A DNA stretch of 64,000 nt from Chiloscyllium plagiosum. Taxonomy: Eukaryota. Below are positions 12,050-24,769 of the stretch, one piece after another. Every line of letters begins with the position of its first letter. Position 1 is the first letter of the stretch. A model generated the notes under the pieces. That model searched no databases and was not told where the DNA came from. It saw only the letters and a program-made list of their open reading frames with translations. A program made the translations under genes and the position numbers. Where the stretch lies: the NCBI RefSeq assembly GCF_004010195.1, contig NC_057719.1:82329953-82393952 (forward strand). Reading direction: 5' to 3'.

Positions 12050-15000
12050 TCCTCTTATCCATCAGAAGAGAGAACCTGCACAGTTACTGCCTTTGCTGTT
12101 TGAATTCGTGTATCGCTGGACATCGGAGTGCATCTGGGAAAATTAACAAACAGTGAAATTCACAACTAATCTTGGAGGAACTGTTGGGCCAAGTTCACAG
12201 TACAGAATCCGATAAGTTAATTGTTGTTTTAAGTCTGTCCCAGAGAAAGGCTGCAGTAGTGAGTACAGTGGGTTCTTTCTTGATTATATGTTTTTGGAGA
12301 TAAGTCTCTTGATTAAACTTAAAATATAAGCCATAGATATTAATTTAACCTGGGGCAGTGTTTGTAGAGGAATAAGACGGTGTTATTTTCTGGGTCTGTA
12401 GATTGTGAGGGAGCAAAAATGGCCTTTGCAGTGATATGTACTTCTTGTCAGATGTGGGAGTTTAAAGAGAGTTTAAGGGTTACTGCAGATTATGTCTGCC
12501 ATAAATGCTGTTGGATACGAATCTTATCAGATCAAGTAGATCGGTTGGAGAGACAGATAGAAGCGATGAGGAATTTGCAATAGCAACAGTATGTGATGGA
12601 TGGCAGTTATAGGAAGGAGGGAAAGTCTCAGATACAGTCACATAGATGGGTTAACTCCAGGAAAGGTAAGAGAGGTAGGCTGGTGGTGCTATCCGCATTT
12701 CAAACAGGTATGCTGTTTTGGAAAATGGAGGGGGTGATGAATTCTCAGGGGAACGTAGCACGAACAAGTTTCTGGTATAGAGACTGGCTCTAATGCAACG
12801 AGGGGTACGTCAGCATCCAAGAGATCAATTGTGTTAGGGGATTCTGTAGTCCGAGGTACAGACAGACGTTTCTGTGGCCAGCGGAGAAAAAGCAGAATGG
12901 TGTGTTGTTTCCCTGGGCAGGCAGGGACAAGGTAGGGCTAATAAATTAAACTGCATTTATTTCAATGCAAGGGGTCTAACAGGGAAGGCAGATGAACTCA
13001 GGGCATGGTTAGGAACATGGGACTAGGATATCATAGAAATTACGGAAACATTGCTCAGGACTGGCAGCTTAATGTTCCAGGATACAAATGCTACAGGAAG
13101 GATAGAGAGGGAGGCAAGAGAGGAGGGAGAGTGGCATTTTTGATAAGGGATAGCTTAGGGAGGGAGGATGTTCCCGGAAATACATCCAGGGACGTTATTT
13201 GGGTGGAACTGAGAAATAAGAAAGGGATGATCACCTTATTGGGATTGTATTATAGACCCCCCCCAATAGTCAGAGGGAAATTGAGAAACAAACTTGCAAG
13301 GAGATCTCAGCTATCTGTAAGAATAATAGGGTGNNNNNNNNNNNNNNNNNNNNNNNNNNNNNNNNNNNNNNNNNNNNNNNNNNNNNNNNNNNNNNNNNNN
13401 NNNNNNNNNNNNNNNNNNNNNNNNNNNNNNNNNNNNNNNNNNNNNNNNNNNNNNNNNNNNNNNNNNNNNNNNNNNNNNNNNNNNNNNNNNNNNNNNNNNN
13501 NNNNNNNNNNNNNNNNNNNNNNNNNNNNNNNNNNNNNNNNNNNNNNNNNNNNNNNNNNNNNNNNNNNNNNNNNNNNNNNNNNNNNNNNNNNNNNNNNNNN
13601 NNNNNNNNNNNNNNNNNNNNNNNNNNNNNNNNNNNNNNNNNNNNNNNNNNNNNNNNNNNNNNNNNNNNNNNNNNNNNNNNNNNNNNNNNNNNNNNNNNNN
13701 NNNNNNNNNNNNNNNNNNNNNNNNNNNNNNNNNNNNNNNNNNNNNNNNNNNNNNNNNNNNNNNNNNNNNNNNNNNNNNNNNNNNNNNNNNNNNNNNNNNN
13801 NNNNNNNNNNNNNNNNNNNNNNNNNNNNNNNNNNNNNNNNNNNNNNNNNNNNNNNNNNNNNNNNNNNNNNNNNNNNNNNNNNNNNNNNNNNNNNNNNNNN
13901 NNNNNNNNNNNNNNNNNNNNNNNNNNNNNNNNNNNNNNNNNNNNNNNNNNNNNNNNNNNNNNNNNNNNNNNNNNNNNNNNNNNNNNNNNNNNNNNNNNNN
14001 NNNNNNNNNNNNNNNNNNNNNNNNNNNNNNNNNNNNNNNNNNNNNNNNNNNNNNNNNNNNNNNNNNNNNNNNNNNNNNNNNNNNNNNNNNNNNNNNNGCA
14101 GGTAAAGGGACGGCTGGAAAATGAGAAGCCTTCAGAAATGAGATAATGAGAATCAAGAGAAAGTATATTCCTGTCAGGGTGAAAGGGAAGGCTGGTAGGT
14201 ATAGGGAATGCTGAATGACTAAAGAAATTGAGGGTTTGATTAAGAAAAAGAAGGAAGAATATGTCAGGTATAGACAGGATCGATCGAGTGAATCCTTAGA
14301 AGAGTATAAAGAAAGTAGGAGTATACTTAAGAGGGAAATCAGGAGAGCAAAATGGGCACTTGAGATAGCTTTGGCAAATAGAATTAAGGAGAATCCAAAG
14401 GATCTTTACAAATATATTAACAACAAAAGGATAACTAGGTAGACAATAGGGCCCTTTAAAGATTAGCAAGGAGGCCTTTGTGTGGAGCCACAGAAAATGG
14501 GGGAGATACTAAATGAATATTTTGCATCAGTATTTACTGTGGAAAAGGATATGGAAGATATAGACTGTAGGGAAATAGATGGTGACATCTTGCAAAATGA
14601 CAAGATGACAGAGGAGAAAGTGCTGGATGTCTTGGAATAGTTAAAGGTGGATAAATCCCCAGGACCTGATCAGGTGTCCCCGAGAACTCTGTGGGAAGCT
14701 AGAGAAGTGATTGCTGGGCCTCTTGCTCAGATATTTGTATCATTAATAGCCACAGGTGAGGTGCCGGAAGACTGGAGGTTGGCAAACGTGGTGCCACTGT
14801 TTAAGAAGGGCGCTAAAGACAAGCCAGGGAACTATAGACTGGTGAGCCTTACCTCAGGGGTGGGCAAGTTGTTGAAGGGAATCCTGAGGGACAGGATGTA
14901 CACGTATTTGGAAAGGCAAGGACTGATTCAGGATAGTCAACATGTGCTTGGGAAATCATGTCTCACAAACTTGATTGAGTTTTTTGAAGAAGTAACAAAG

Positions 15001-16006
15001 AAGATTGATGAGGGCAGAGCAGTAGATGTGATTAATATGGACTTCAGTCAGGCATTCGACAAGGTTCCCCATGGAGATTGATTAGCAAGGTTAGATCTCA
15101 TTGAATACAGGGAGAACTAGCCATTTGGATACAGAACTGGCTCAAAGGTAGAAGACAGAGGGTGGTGGTGGAGGATTGTTTTTCAGACTGGAGGCCTGTG
15201 ACCAGTGGAGTGCCGCAAGGATCGGTGCTAGGCCCTCTACTTTTTGTCATTGACATAAATGATTTGGATGCGAGCATAAGAGGTACAGTTAGTAAGTTTG
15301 CAGATGANNNNNNNNNNNNNNNNNNNNNNNNNNNNNNNNNNNNNNNNNNNNNNNNNNNNNNNNNNNNNNNNNNNNNNNNNNNNNNNNNNNNNNNNNNNNN
15401 NNNNNNNNNNNNNNNNNNNNNNNNNNNNNNNNNNNNNNNNNNNNNNNNNNNNNNNNNNNNNNNNNNNNNNNNNNNNNNNNNNNNNNNNNNNNNNNNNNNN
15501 NNNNNNNNNNNNNNNNNNNNNNNNNNNNNNNNNNNNNNNNNNNNNNNNNNNNNNNNNNNNNNNNNNNNNNNNNNNNNNNNNNNNNNNNNNNNNNNNNNNN
15601 NNNNNNNNNNNNNNNNNNNNNNNNNNNNNNNNNNNNNNNNNNNNNNNNNNNNNNNNNNNNNNNNNNNNNNNNNNNNNNNNNNNNNNNNNNNNNNNNNNNN
15701 NNNNNNNNNNNNNNNNNNNNNNNNNNNNNNNNNNNNNNNNNNNNNNNNNNNNNNNNNNNNNNNNNNNNNNNNNNNNNNNNNNNNNNNNNNNNNNNNNNNN
15801 NNNNNNNNNNNNNNNNNNNNTGGAGGCTGGTACAATTGCAACATTTAAGAGGCATTTGGATGGGTATATGAATAGGATGGGTTTGGAGGGATATGGGCCG
15901 GGTGCTGGCAGGTGGGACTAGATTGGGTTGGGATATCTGGTGGGCATGGACGGGTTGGACCAAAGAGTCTGTTTCCATGCTGTACATCTCTATGACTCTA
16001 AGTCTA
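12050..16006 (+). mobile_element. Near full-length CR1/HER1 LINE (ORF1 Zn-finger/zipper + esterase, ORF2 APE + RT), inactivated
   Basis: ORF1 MAFAVICTSCQMWE..CHKC and SIVLGDSVVRGTDRRFCG..MVCCFPG; ORF2 [43 protein letters not shown]; stops, an internal deletion and two N gaps. Confidence 0.93.
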
Positions 16007-16599
16007 CCAATTATCATCCTGAAAACTTCAACCATCGTGCAGCATTCACTGCCTTCTGTTGCAGGGACATCCAGTTTTCTAGTACCTTCTGTGTGAAAGA
16101 ATGTCTCCTGGTTTCTTCCTGGGAGACCTAACTCTAATGTTAATATTTTGCCCTTGGCCTGACCCAGATAAAGTTGTTTCTCTGAATCTACCAATGATCA
16201 GATCTCTCTGAGACAGCTACTTTTCTTAAACATCTCGGTCCATACAAGATTTTTGTTATATTTCAGATGGAACCAATAATCAGTTGTACAAAAGTGTCTT
16301 TGAAGTTATTGGCAACTGGTAAATTTAATTTGTCCAAATGTTCACTTTCTTGCTTTCAAGTTGGATTGTGTGATAATAAATCACCCCTTGTTTAATTAAC
16401 ATTGTTTGCTATGTGTATCATCAATATAGCTTTCACCATAGCACCAATTATAACTGAATGGATCTGAAAAACTTAACTCTTGATTACCCCATAGGATTCA
16501 AGACAAGTTACGTCTAAAATTTTTCATTCCAATATACTGACTAGGAAAATTAAATCCAAGCGTTAATTAATTAGTTGTACTTACACTCGTGGTCTCAGT

Positions 16600-16725
16600 A
16601 AGTGCTTTTCACACTGCACTTTCATAAGTTAGTTACTGCTTTAATGTTAGCAAGTTAACAGTCAATTTGTACACAGCATGATCCCGGACAGTGATATTAA
16701 AATGCTTGGGTCATTTGTGTTTTAG
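16600..16725 (-). mobile_element. DeuSINE/SacSINE-like tail fragment
   Basis: Degenerate reverse match to the tail at 30290-30447 (caatttgtacacagcatgatcc). Confidence 0.4.
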
Positions 16726-17000
16726 TTGAAAAATGTGGTGCTGGAAAAACACAGCAGGCTGGGCAGCATCCGAGGAGCAGGAGAATCAAGTAATTCCTCT
16801 TGCTGAACATTCAAAATTCCTGAATGATTCCTGAACACACTAAGTTAATGGGAAGTGTTCTCTGTCTACAACACAGCGAACACCATTTTCCAGCCCCTTT
16901 CAATTCTGAAGAAGAGACATATCAACCTCGAAACGTTTATCCTGTATCAGTCTCTCCAAGTTCAGCCAAACCTGCTGAGTTTCTCCAGCACTGCCTGTTT
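16725..17000. mobile_element. Two Penelope-terminus fragments, the second with a hammerhead core
   Basis: gtggtgctggaaaaacacagcagg.. (16735-16788); CTGAAGAaGAG..CTCGAAACGTT (16906-16937). Confidence 0.6.
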
Positions 17001-17065
17001 TACATCAGAAGATCAAAGGATAAGGAGTGAAGTAAACTGGAGTCTGGGCCTAAATCAGCCATGAT

Positions 17066-17375
17066 TTTGGCTCAGTGGTTAGCACTGCTGCCTCACAGCA
17101 CCAGAGTCCCAGGTTCGATTCCAGTCTCGGGTGACTGTCTGTATGGAGTTTGCACATTCTCCCCGTGTCTGCGTGGGTTTCCTCCGGGTGCTCCGGTTTC
17201 CTCCCACAGTCCAAAGATGTGCAGGTCAGGTGAATTGGCCATGCTAAATTGTCCATAGTGTTAGGTGCATTAGTCAGAGGAAGTGAGTCAGGGTGGGTTA
17301 CTCTTCGGAGGGTTGGTGTGGACTTGTTGGGCTGAAGGGCCTGTTTCCACACTGTAGAGGGTCTAGTCTAATCAT
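17066..17375 (+). mobile_element. HE1-type tRNA-derived SINE
   Basis: A box TGGCTCAGTGG, B box GGTTCGATTCC, body ggagtttgcacattctccccgtgtctgcgtgggtttcc, LINE-shared tail. Confidence 0.9.
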
Positions 17376-17414
17376 GATTTGATGATTGCATATAAACTAA
17401 CATTTTCTTAGCTA

Positions 17415-17560
17415 CCATCAGTTCTGAGGAAGGGTCATCAGACCTGAAACATTAACTCTGATTTCTCTTCACAGATGCTGCCAGACCTGCTGAGCTTTTC
17501 TGGGATCTTCTGTTTTTGTTTCTTATTTAAAGCATCCGTAGTTCTTTTAGGCTTTTATGA
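17415..17560 (+). mobile_element. Penelope-terminus fragment with hammerhead core
   Basis: CTGAGGAaGGGTC-atca-GACCTGAAACATTA followed by ..cagatgctgccagacctgctgag. Confidence 0.7.
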
Positions 17561-17687
17561 TTGAGTGATTACTGGGGCTGAACAGGAAAAGGAACAGGAA
17601 ATCAGGACCTCTCCGCTCCCCTCCACTGCGGCTAGAGGTAGATGTTTGTCATGCGAGGATACTCAGAGTTAAGCAAGCTAAGGCAGC

Positions 17688-17970
17688 TAAGACCATAAGA
17701 CCATAAGATATAGGAGCGGAAGTAAGGTCATTCGGCCCCTCAAGTCCACTCCACCCTTTAATCATGGCTGATGGGCATTTCAACTCCACTTACCCACATT
17801 CTCCCCCATATCCCTTTATTCCTTGCAAGATCAAGAATTTATCAATCTCTTCCTTGAAGACATTTAACGTCCCATGCATTATCTTGTAAGTTTCTATTAG
17901 GTCTCCCTCAACCTTCTAAACTCTAATGAATACAATTCCAGAATCCTCAACTATTCACTGTGCGTTAGGC
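17688..17970 (-). mobile_element. CR1 LINE 3' fragment (taagacca tail family)
   Basis: (taagacca)n tail on + followed by CR1-like 3' UTR and ORF end. Confidence 0.7.
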
Positions 17971-18794
17971 CCAGGAAGGCAGAGTTAAGAGCTAGATCAG
18001 GCATGATGCAGTTGAGCTACAGAGATGTCTTGAGCAGCTGAGTGTTCTCCTCTGTTCCTACCTGTGAGGCCAGAGGCTAGGAGGAAATTAAAAGATGTTG
18101 AGGTAACGAACAAAGCTGTTCATAAAACATAGGCAGCCGAGGAACAGGTGGGAAAATGGTATCATTTATGACACCAGCTTGGCTCATAAAAGTTCTGAGA
18201 CACTGTGGACATGGGTTTACAAGCGTCGTGCAGTTACACTTGACATATTCATCAATTCTGAAATTTGTACAGTAGCTGAGAAGAAAGAAATTTAAATCCC
18301 ATATAACCCCATTGTAAATTTACTTTGAAACATTCAAAAATCAACGCAAAGTTAATTTTCTGCACAATTTAAATACAAATAGAAACAGGATCACATGTAC
18401 AAGGGCATATGACACAGAAACAGGCCTGTTGGTCTATCCAGTGACTGATTTATCCTCCATTCAAACCGACTCCCATCTCTCCTCCTTCAAATCTATCAAC
18501 ATAATTCTGAGTTCCCTTCCCCCTCACACGCTTTGCTAGCTTGACACCACCAATGCTATTTACTATAACCACTTTCCTGTCATAGTGAGTCCCACGTTTT
18601 CAATATCCTTTGGGTTTCTGAATTCTTGGTGACTATCTTATACAGAATCATAGAAAACAGGAATTGGAGTAGGGCATTCAGCCCATCAAGCCTGCTCTAC
18701 CATTCAACATGATCATGGTTGATCATCCAACTGAGTCCCCACTTTCTCCCCATATCCTGTGATCCCTTTAGTCCTAACACGTGTATCTAATTCA

Positions 18795-20265
18795 TAGAGT
18801 CATAGAATCAGAGATGTATAGCACGGAAACAGACCCTTTGGTCCAACCCGTCCATGCCCACCAGATATCCCAACCCAATCTAGTCACTCCTGCCAGCACC
18901 CGCCACATATCCCTCCAAACCCTTCCTATTCATATACCCATCCAAATGCCTCTTAAATGTTGCAATTGTACCAACCTCCACCACTTCCTCTGGCAGCTCA
19001 TTCCATACACGTACCATCCTCTGTGTGAAAAATTTGTCCCGTAGGTCTCTTTTATATCTTTCCTCTCTCACCCTAAACCTATGCCCTCTAGTTCTCGACT
19101 CCCCACCCCAGGGAAAAGACTTTGTCTATTTATCCTATCCATGCCCCNNNNNNNNNNNNNNNNNNNNNNNNNNNNNNNNNNNNNNNNNNNNNNNNNNNNN
19201 NNNNNNNNNNNNNNNNNNNNNNNNNNNNNNNNNNNNNNNNNNNNNNNNNNNNNNNNNNNNNNNNNNNNNNNNNNNNNNNNNNNNNNNNNNNNNNNNNNNN
19301 NNNNNNNNNNNNNNNNNNNNNNNNNNNNNNNNNNNNNNNNNNNNNNNNNNNNNNNNNNNNNNNNNNNNNNNNNNNNNNNNNNNNNNNNNNNNNNNNNNNN
19401 NNNNNNNNNNNNNNNNNNNNNNNNNNNNNNNNNNNNNNNNNNNNNNNNNNNNNNNNNNNNNNNNNNNNNNNNNNNNNNNNNNNNNNNNNNNNNNNNNNNN
19501 NNNNNNNNNNNNNNNNNNNNNNNNNNNNNNNNNNNNNNNNNNNNNNNNNNNNNNNNNNNNNNNNNNNNNNNNNNNNNNNNNNNNNNNNNNNNNNNNNNNN
19601 NNNNNNNNNNNNNNNNNNNNNNNNNNNNNNNNNNNNNNNNNNNNNNNNNNNNNNNNNNNNNNNNNNNNNNNNNNNNNNNNNNNNNNNNNNNNNNNNNNNN
19701 NNNNNNNNNNNNNNNNNNNNNNNNNNNNNNNNNNNNNNNNNNNNNNNNNNNNTCACATCTACTGCTCTGCCCTCATCAATCCTCTTTGTTACTTCTTCAA
19801 AAAACTCAATCAAGTTTGTGAGACATGATTTCCCATGCACAGAGCCATGTTGACTATCCCTAATCAGTTCTTGTCTTTCCAAATACGTGTACATCCTGTC
19901 CCTCAGGATTCCTTCCAACAACTTGCAACAGGCTCACTGGTCTATAGTTCCCTGGCTTGTCCTTACCATCTTTCTTAAACAGTGGCACCACGTTAGCCAA
20001 CCTCCAGTCTTCCTGCACCTCACCTGTGGCTATCAATGATACAAATATCTCAGCAAGGGGCCCAGCAATCATTTCCCTAGTCTCCCACAGAGTTCTAGGG
20101 TACACCTGATCTGGTCCTGGGGATTTATCCACCTTTAACTGTTCCAAGACATCCAGCACTTCCTCCTCTGTAATCTGGACATTTTGCAAGATGTCACCAT
20201 CTATTTCCCTCCATTCTATATCTTCCATGTCCTTTTCCACAGTAAATACTGATGTAAAATACTGG
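18795..20265 (-). mobile_element. CR1/HER1 LINE, 5'-truncated, inverted relative to 12050-16006
   Basis: ORFs 19860-20240 (KSPGPDQVYPR..NYRPVSL) and 18880-19071; N gap at 19148-19752. Confidence 0.92.
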
Positions 20266-20704
20266 TTTTCTTCTTGAAAACATTGAAGATCAGTAGATTT
20301 GCTCTTCCCATAGGAGGAAACATGAATCCAAATGCTCTGACTCTGGACTGTACTGATTGGACATTTGATTGAAAATCCCGTGGAATTCCTGATCCTTGGA
20401 CCTACGAGGGAATTGGTCAGGAAGTTAAACTTCCAATGGATAGTTCCCCTGCTCTCCAGGACCTTTTGTTAATGTTTCTTTCTCTGAAATAGAATTGGAG
20501 AACTCGCACAGCTCCAAATTGCACATCGGGTTAGTCAGCCAGGAGATGTTAGACAGATTAAAACTTATGCCAACATCTAAGAAAACTATCGAGGAAATAT
20601 TCCCTCCCCACCCTCACCATCCCCCCACCAACCCCCTCCACCCACTCCCACCCCCATCCCACCCAATCCTCTGATCTCCTGACTACATTCATAATCCAAT
20701 CTTC

Positions 20705-21015
20705 AAAGTTTGTGCGAAGATTTGTAGCTCGGGTGCTCGTTGTTGTGGTTCTGTTCGCCGAGCTGGAAGTTTTTGTTGCAAACGTTTCGTCCCCTGGCTA
20801 GGCGGCATCATCAGTGCTGTCGCTATATACCAACCACTACAGCGGACAGCTGAAACTGACAACCGGAAGCGGCAGGGACAGACCACTATAAACACCGGAG
20901 GAAACATCAAAGAAGCGCTTCGCAGGAGGCTCCCAAGCACTGATGATGTTGCCTAGCCAGTGGACGAAACGTTTGCAACAAAAACTTCCAGCTCGGTGAA
21001 CAGAACCACAACAAT
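20705..21015. mobile_element. Penelope (Poseidon-type) fold-back terminus with two opposed hammerhead cores
   Basis: About 80-bp inverted arms at 20739-20818 / 20936-21014; CTGATGA..GACGAAACGTT on both strands. Confidence 0.8.
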
Positions 21016-21199
21016 AATCCAATCTAACAACACCCCATGACCCTCGGACCTTTGACATTTGACCCAACATAATCAGCGTTCTTACTTGTACATTACGCTG
21101 TATCGATCAAACTGTTCTGCCTGACCCACACCCCCAACCACACAATTCTCCCATCAGCCAACCACCACTCTCAACTACCTGACTGCCCCAACCTGACTA

Positions 21200-21495
21200 T
21201 TCAGTGGTTAGCACTGCTGCCTTACGGGTTCAATTCCAAGCTTGGACGACTATCTGTGTGGAGTCTGCACATTCTCCCTTTGTCTGTGTGGGTTTCCCCC
21301 GGGTGCTCCGGTTTCCTCCCATAATCCAAAGATGTGCAGGTCAGGTGAATTGGCCATGCTAAATTCTCCACAGTGTTCAGGGATGTGTAAGTTTGGTGCA
21401 TTAGGGGAATGGATCAGGGTTGGTTACTCTTTGGAGGGTTATTGTGGATTTGTTGGACCAAAGGGTCGGTTTCCACACTATACGGATTTTATGAT
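21200..21495 (+). mobile_element. HE1-type SINE
   Basis: cagtggttagcactgctgcc, gggttcaattcc and conserved body. Confidence 0.85.
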
Positions 21496-21859
21496 TTCCT
21501 GCTATGATTAGCCCCGGCTGATTAACTAAATCCCTTCCACCCCAAACTGATTGCATTACAACTGCCCCCAACTCAAAATGCCTACCCTCCTGATTCAATC
21601 CAACCAATCTACGCCACCCCAAATACCTGGAACCCTGGCAAATACTTTAATCAAATTTATTAGCAAGGTATACATGATGGAATGGCACGAAGGAACCCTG
21701 CTTGGTTGAGGTGGCAGGTTGGTGAGGCGAGTGAGATGGGTGGGAGCTGGGAGGTGGTGAGGTGGGAGTTGGTTGAGATGGGTGTTGAGGGAGGTAGGTG
21801 AAATGGACAGTGAGGGGTTGGTGAAGTGGGTGAGGTGGGAGCTGGGTGACATATTCATT

Positions 21860-22865
21860 CCTGTTCTGGCTTAAGCCATGTTACTATCAATGTTACTGTC
21901 ATATCCTCTTTCTGCTTTCAGTTCCCCAGTTTTGTTCACAATACTGTGTGCACTTACATACACACAATTTAACCCTGCCATTTTGTCTTTCTTGACCATT
22001 GGAAGGTGACCACTTTGTTCACTGTCAACACTCAAGCCTTCCCTCACTTCTTTATTTCCATTCCCCGTCTTCTCTCTTTGGCCCTCTGCAGCATTTCCAA
22101 AACTAAGCCCATTAGCCAACCTAACTGTAACCTCCCCCCTCCCCCCCCACAAACCAGGCCTTACAAGTTTAAATCTATTAGGAGAAAGTGAGGACTGCAG
22201 ATGCTAGAGATCAGTGTTGAGAGTGTGGTGCTGGGAAAGCGCAGCAGGTCAGGCAACATCCGAGGAGCAGGAGAATTGACATTTCGGGCATAAGCCCTGA
22301 TGAAACGTCGATTCTCCTGCTCCTCGGATGCTGCCTGACTTGCTGTGCTTTTCTAGTACCACGCTCTCCAAGTTTAAATCTATCCCCACTACACGATTCA
22401 CTCTCTCAGCCCAGGGACTGGTTCCATTTCTGCTGAACAGCTTCCGCCTTTCCCAAAATTGATTCCACCAGCCCACAGGCCATGCATTCACCTCCCCTGT
22501 CTGTCTTTGCCTAAATGGTGAAGCTGTGAGTATATCTGAGATTACTGCCCGGGAGATCCTACTCCTTAACTTCTGACATTGATTCTGCAAGGACCTCCGC
22601 ACTGTCCCTCCCTACATTGTTACTTCCCCGGCTCTGGTCTCCCTCACTACTCAGAATTTCCTTCCTGCATCTAACCTGCCTTGTCCTGTTAGAATCTTAT
22701 AGATTTCTATGAGATTCTCCCTCATTCTTCTCAAGTGAATGCAATCCTAACTCAATTTCTCCTCCCACCATCCAGGAATTTATTTGATAGATCTTTGCTA
22801 CACTCCTTCTTCGGTCAGGGCACCCTTCCTCAGGTGAGGAGCCCAAAACTGCACACAACATTCTT
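21860..22865 (-). mobile_element. Old CR1 fragments (ORF1 esterase/ORF2 junction plus a 3' piece)
   Basis: RISRAVISDIL..EVNAW..WNQFWERRKLF (SGNH esterase); LNCVYVSAHSIVNKTGELKA (APE start). Confidence 0.75.
22179..22368. mobile_element. Penelope fold-back insert with 15-bp TSD
   Basis: Inverted arms meet at about 22297; caagtttaaatctat at 22164-22178 and 22369-22383. Confidence 0.85.
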
Positions 22866-23284
22866 TGACAGAAAGTGTCTTTTTTCAGAAGTACTCAGTT
22901 CAACATATTAGATGACTAAACGTCGAATTAGCACGTGCAACTTTTACCCATTTGTTATCGTGCAATAAGGTACGTTTTGCTCAGTTAACAGCCTCTTCCT
23001 GTTAAGGTGCAGTGGTGATTGTTCCTCTACTCTGTAAACCAATAAGCCCTTAGGTCCAGTCAAAGAAAGAGGACTGGTGATAACATCCTTATAGCCTTGA
23101 ATAACAATCTGACCCCTTTCCAAATCCCCCATGATAGTTCAAGCCTAATGATGGAAGAATAGCAGAAATCTGGAAATCACTCCTTTAAAAAGTGCAATAG
23201 ATTTCACAGAACTCACGGTGGGGAAGGTTAACTTCAATTAGGATTAGTCACGGTCTCAGCAGCACTGAGTGGACTTATATAAAA

Positions 23285-23660
23285 TGCTGAATAGGCTGGG
23301 GGCTCATTACATTCAGGGAGAGAGAAAGAGAAAAGCTGAGAGGTGATCTAATCCAGGCCTTTAAAATTACGAAAGGATTTGACAGACTAGAAGTAGAAGA
23401 AATGTTTCCATTTGTGAGGACGCAGAAATCATAAACTTAAGACACTAGTAATAAGAAACCTCTTTACCCAGGCTACGGTTAGAATATGGAACTCCCATTC
23501 AGGGAGAATTGGGGAAGATTGGATAAGGACATGAGAAAAGATAAAGAGAGAAGAAATAGAAGGGAATACTGACAGAGTGAAATGAAGAAGGTTGGGAGGA
23601 GGCTTGCATGGAGCATCATTGCTAGTGAACACTAGGTAGTTTGCTTGGCCTGTTTCTATG
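23285..23660 (+). mobile_element. Old CR1 3' fragment
   Basis: ctgagaggtgatctaat..tttaaaattacgaaaggatttgacag (LRGDLI..FKI.KGFD). Confidence 0.65.
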
Positions 23661-24769
23661 CTGTATTTAGCAAGTAACTGTAAGTGAGTTAAGTGAATGG
23701 TGGAATAGGTTCAAGGGCTAAATGTTCTAATTTTTCAGTGTTTAGTATTTAATATATAATCTTTGTTCTATATTCTGGAGGGGATAGTTGAATTTTGTTC
23801 ATATTCAGAAATGTCTGAATTACTTCCGATGGTAGTTCATGATCTTGATGGATAATACAAGGCCACACAACACTGTTGTCACCATTGCAAGAAGTTTACT
23901 GAGTAATAGCCAGTGGTTCATTGATTTATTGAGAGCTCTTATGCACCACAAGCTTGCACTTATATAGCATTTTTGATGGAATAAAATGTCTTAAGATGCT
24001 TCATAGGATTGTAGATCAGGCAGATAATGACACTTGACTAATACAAAAGCAAATAGTCAAATCTAGCTCAAGGGTGTGAATTTTAAAGTCGAATAATTGT
24101 TGGATTCAATGCCGATTAATGAGTACAGGGGATCTGGGTAAATTAAACTCGGTGTCTGTGATGATCTAGACAGCAAAGTATGAAAGACGGGAGAGCAATC
24201 AGAAAAGAGTTTAATCTAATAACTTTTCCACTTTTAAATTCAAACATGATTTGCCAAAAGATTACAACATGCAAAAACAATGTTTTTTCAGTTGTACTTA
24301 AACAAATACTTTCAGGGCCAAGAGAACTGCACCACGACGCTTTTTAGAATCTCCTGGTTGTTTTGCACATGCACTGTCCACCTCGGTATAGTCCATCTCT
24401 CTGAGATCACAGTTATCACCAGGGATTCTCCCTATTCATGAGGGATACATCTCAGCAAAATTCCAACATATAGCAAAAGAATTTTATTTTCCAATTTGTT
24501 TATTTTCCAAAAGAAATAATGCAATTAAGGGAAAGAGGGTCAATACACACAGATAAATTCTTTAAGTTGCCTTTATTGTGACAATCAGGGGCTTTTACAT
24601 CATAGGAAATAATGGAATAAGGGTGGGTTAGGTTCTACGGCATCATTGTACATGTATGTTACTGTACACCTGACAACCTTTACATGACAGAAGTTAAGAG
24701 CAACCTCGTGACACACTTTCACTATGAGAACTGAGAATACAAAGAGTGCTGAAAGGGAATGCTGCATAG

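Noticed and set aside
17066..17135. tRNA genes at A/B-box motifs
   Set aside because: All are heads of SINEs that continue into SINE body and LINE-derived tail.
13005..19921. Long ORFs of 200-366 aa containing X runs (also 57482-58417)
   Set aside because: They are open only because they cross N gaps (13334-14097, 15308-15820, 19148-19752, 57709-57970) inside retroelements.
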